DNA of 64,000 nucleotides. Origin: Narcine bancroftii (Eukaryota). Location: the NCBI RefSeq assembly GCF_036971445.1, contig NC_091475.1, forward strand, positions 54,126,001 through 54,190,000. The letters are read 5' to 3'. The notes beneath the pieces are model-generated. The model saw nothing but the letters and a program-made list of their open reading frames with translations. It was not told the DNA's origin and searched no databases. The position numbers and the translations under genes were made by a program. Shown here piece after piece: positions 62,540 through 64,000 of the stretch (the first letter of the stretch is position 1; every line of letters starts with the position of its first letter).

Positions 62540-64000
62540 GTGTAGCAATATAAAACAGTGAATGTGTGTCTCAGGGGCTGGTGCAGAAGGAAAGGGTTCA
62601 GATACATGGATTCTTGGTCTCTTTTCCAGAGCAGGTGGCACCTGTTCAAGGAGGACAAGTCACACCTAAACTGGAGGGACACCAATACCTTTCAAGGAAG
62701 GGTTGTTGGTGCATCCCAGGAGGGCAGGGGAAGAGAGTTGGAGCCACAATAGTAAGTGGAGTGATTGAGGGGGAGGCTCAATCAAATGAATCTGAAAGGA
62801 GGTGCAGGCAGGACCAGGTTAATGAAGACAATGGAGCTGATGGGCTGAGGGGCGTTTGTTTCACTGTGATGTCTATCATGGGAAAGGTGGATAATCACGA
62901 ATCAGAATCTAGATTGGTATGTGGAACTGCAACATTGTGGTGGAGCAAGGTTTAAAAGTTCCTGATGTGACAGAGGGATATGAAATAGATGGGGGAGTTG
63001 CATGGCTAATCAGAAAGAATGTCATGGCTACCCTCACAGTGAACAAATGGTTAGCGTCACAGTCAGCATAGCACCAGTGACCTGGGTTTGAATCAGTCAC
63101 TGTAAGGCATTTGTACATTTTCCCTGTGACCTGTGTCAGTTTCTTCCCACTCTCCAAAAATGTACAGGGTTGGTTGTTTGGTTAATTGGCTGTAATTGAG
63201 TGGCACGTGCTTCATGGACTGGAAGGGCCTTCACTGTGCTGCATCATTGGACTCCCTTCGTGCTAGAGGCTTAGATGAGGCAGAATTTATCATGAACATC
63301 CAGAGGTGGGATGAGAGGGGGATTGTTCTTTAAGCAGTATGTTGGTAGCCCGACCAGGGAATGTGCCATATTAGACCTTGTAGTGGGCAATGAGCTTCGG
63401 CAGGTGGGATGGCATTTTGGGAATAGTGATCATGACTTAGTATAAGAATAAGAGTGGCCTTTCAACAAGGGTGCTGAGTTAGAGAAAGATGAATTGCAAC
63501 AGTACTTCAGCAAGACTTGGGGAGAGTGGGAGCAATGTTGCTGGGCAAGTCCACATCTGAGATGCCGGAGTTGTTTAAATGTGAGCTGCTCTGAATGGAG
63601 GATTATCGTGTTGCTGTGAGAAAGACAATGTTGGTTCAATGTGGGAACGTTGAGCGATGAATGGACTTGTAAATATGGGCAAGAATTTTTTTAAAAAATG
63701 GAAGCATTCATGAAATTCAGGAAGCTGAAATCAGTCAGGGCCCTTGAGGAAGCTGAAAAGAACAGAAATGGGAAATGTAAAAATGGCCATGAAATATTAT
63801 TGGCAAGTAGGATTAAGGAGAATCCCAAGGCATTTCACACAAACCTTTGAAAACAAGAAATTAGTAGGAAAAGGCTTAATCCACTCAGGAACAAAAAGAG
63901 GAATATTTGCTTTGAAAAAGAGAAAATGGGCAAGAGAGTGAATATTTTGCATTGGTATTTATCAATGAGAAAGATCTGGGGATAGTGAGATCAGAGAGGG
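62540..64000 (+). mobile_element. decayed CR1: end of ORF1 (SGNH esterase-like) and start of ORF2
   Basis: GWCRRKGFRYMDSW...DKSHLNWRDTN; downstream GGVAWLIR, ILDLVVGNE, FGNSDH, IKENPKAF. Confidence 0.8.
63035..63245 (+). mobile_element. V-SINE nested in CR1
   Basis: GGTTAGCG A box, GGTTTGAATC B box, V core, GAAGGGCCT tail. Confidence 0.7.

Overview
Eukaryotic, CpG-depleted genomic DNA. The repeat repertoire (V-domain/HE1-type tRNA SINEs, a 5S-derived SINE, CR1, Rex1/Babar, RTE, L1/Tx1 and Penelope-like retroelements, short solo LTRs, hAT MITEs) points to a cartilaginous fish, probably a ray or skate; this is inference. The window looks like a large intron or intergenic region, much of it nested and decayed transposable elements. 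I recognise no intact host gene, and most long ORFs in the track are TE relics or tandem-repeat artefacts. A chain of four short, phase-compatible minus-strand exon candidates exists but matches no protein I recognise. The most notable structures are: (1) a 964-bp TSD-bounded solo LTR whose 5' part contains an env-like membrane anchor followed by an internal polypurine tract; (2) one L1/Tx1 insertion with a 13-bp TSD, a twin-priming 5' inversion and loss of nearly all ORF2; (3) recurrent Penelope-derived fold-back elements carrying hammerhead-ribozyme-like cores; (4) a composite double-hairpin hAT MITE in two copies; (5) a 5S-rRNA-derived SINE abutting a near-perfect 78-bp duplication; (6) local duplications and two minisatellites. 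Boundaries of decayed elements are approximate and were read by eye.
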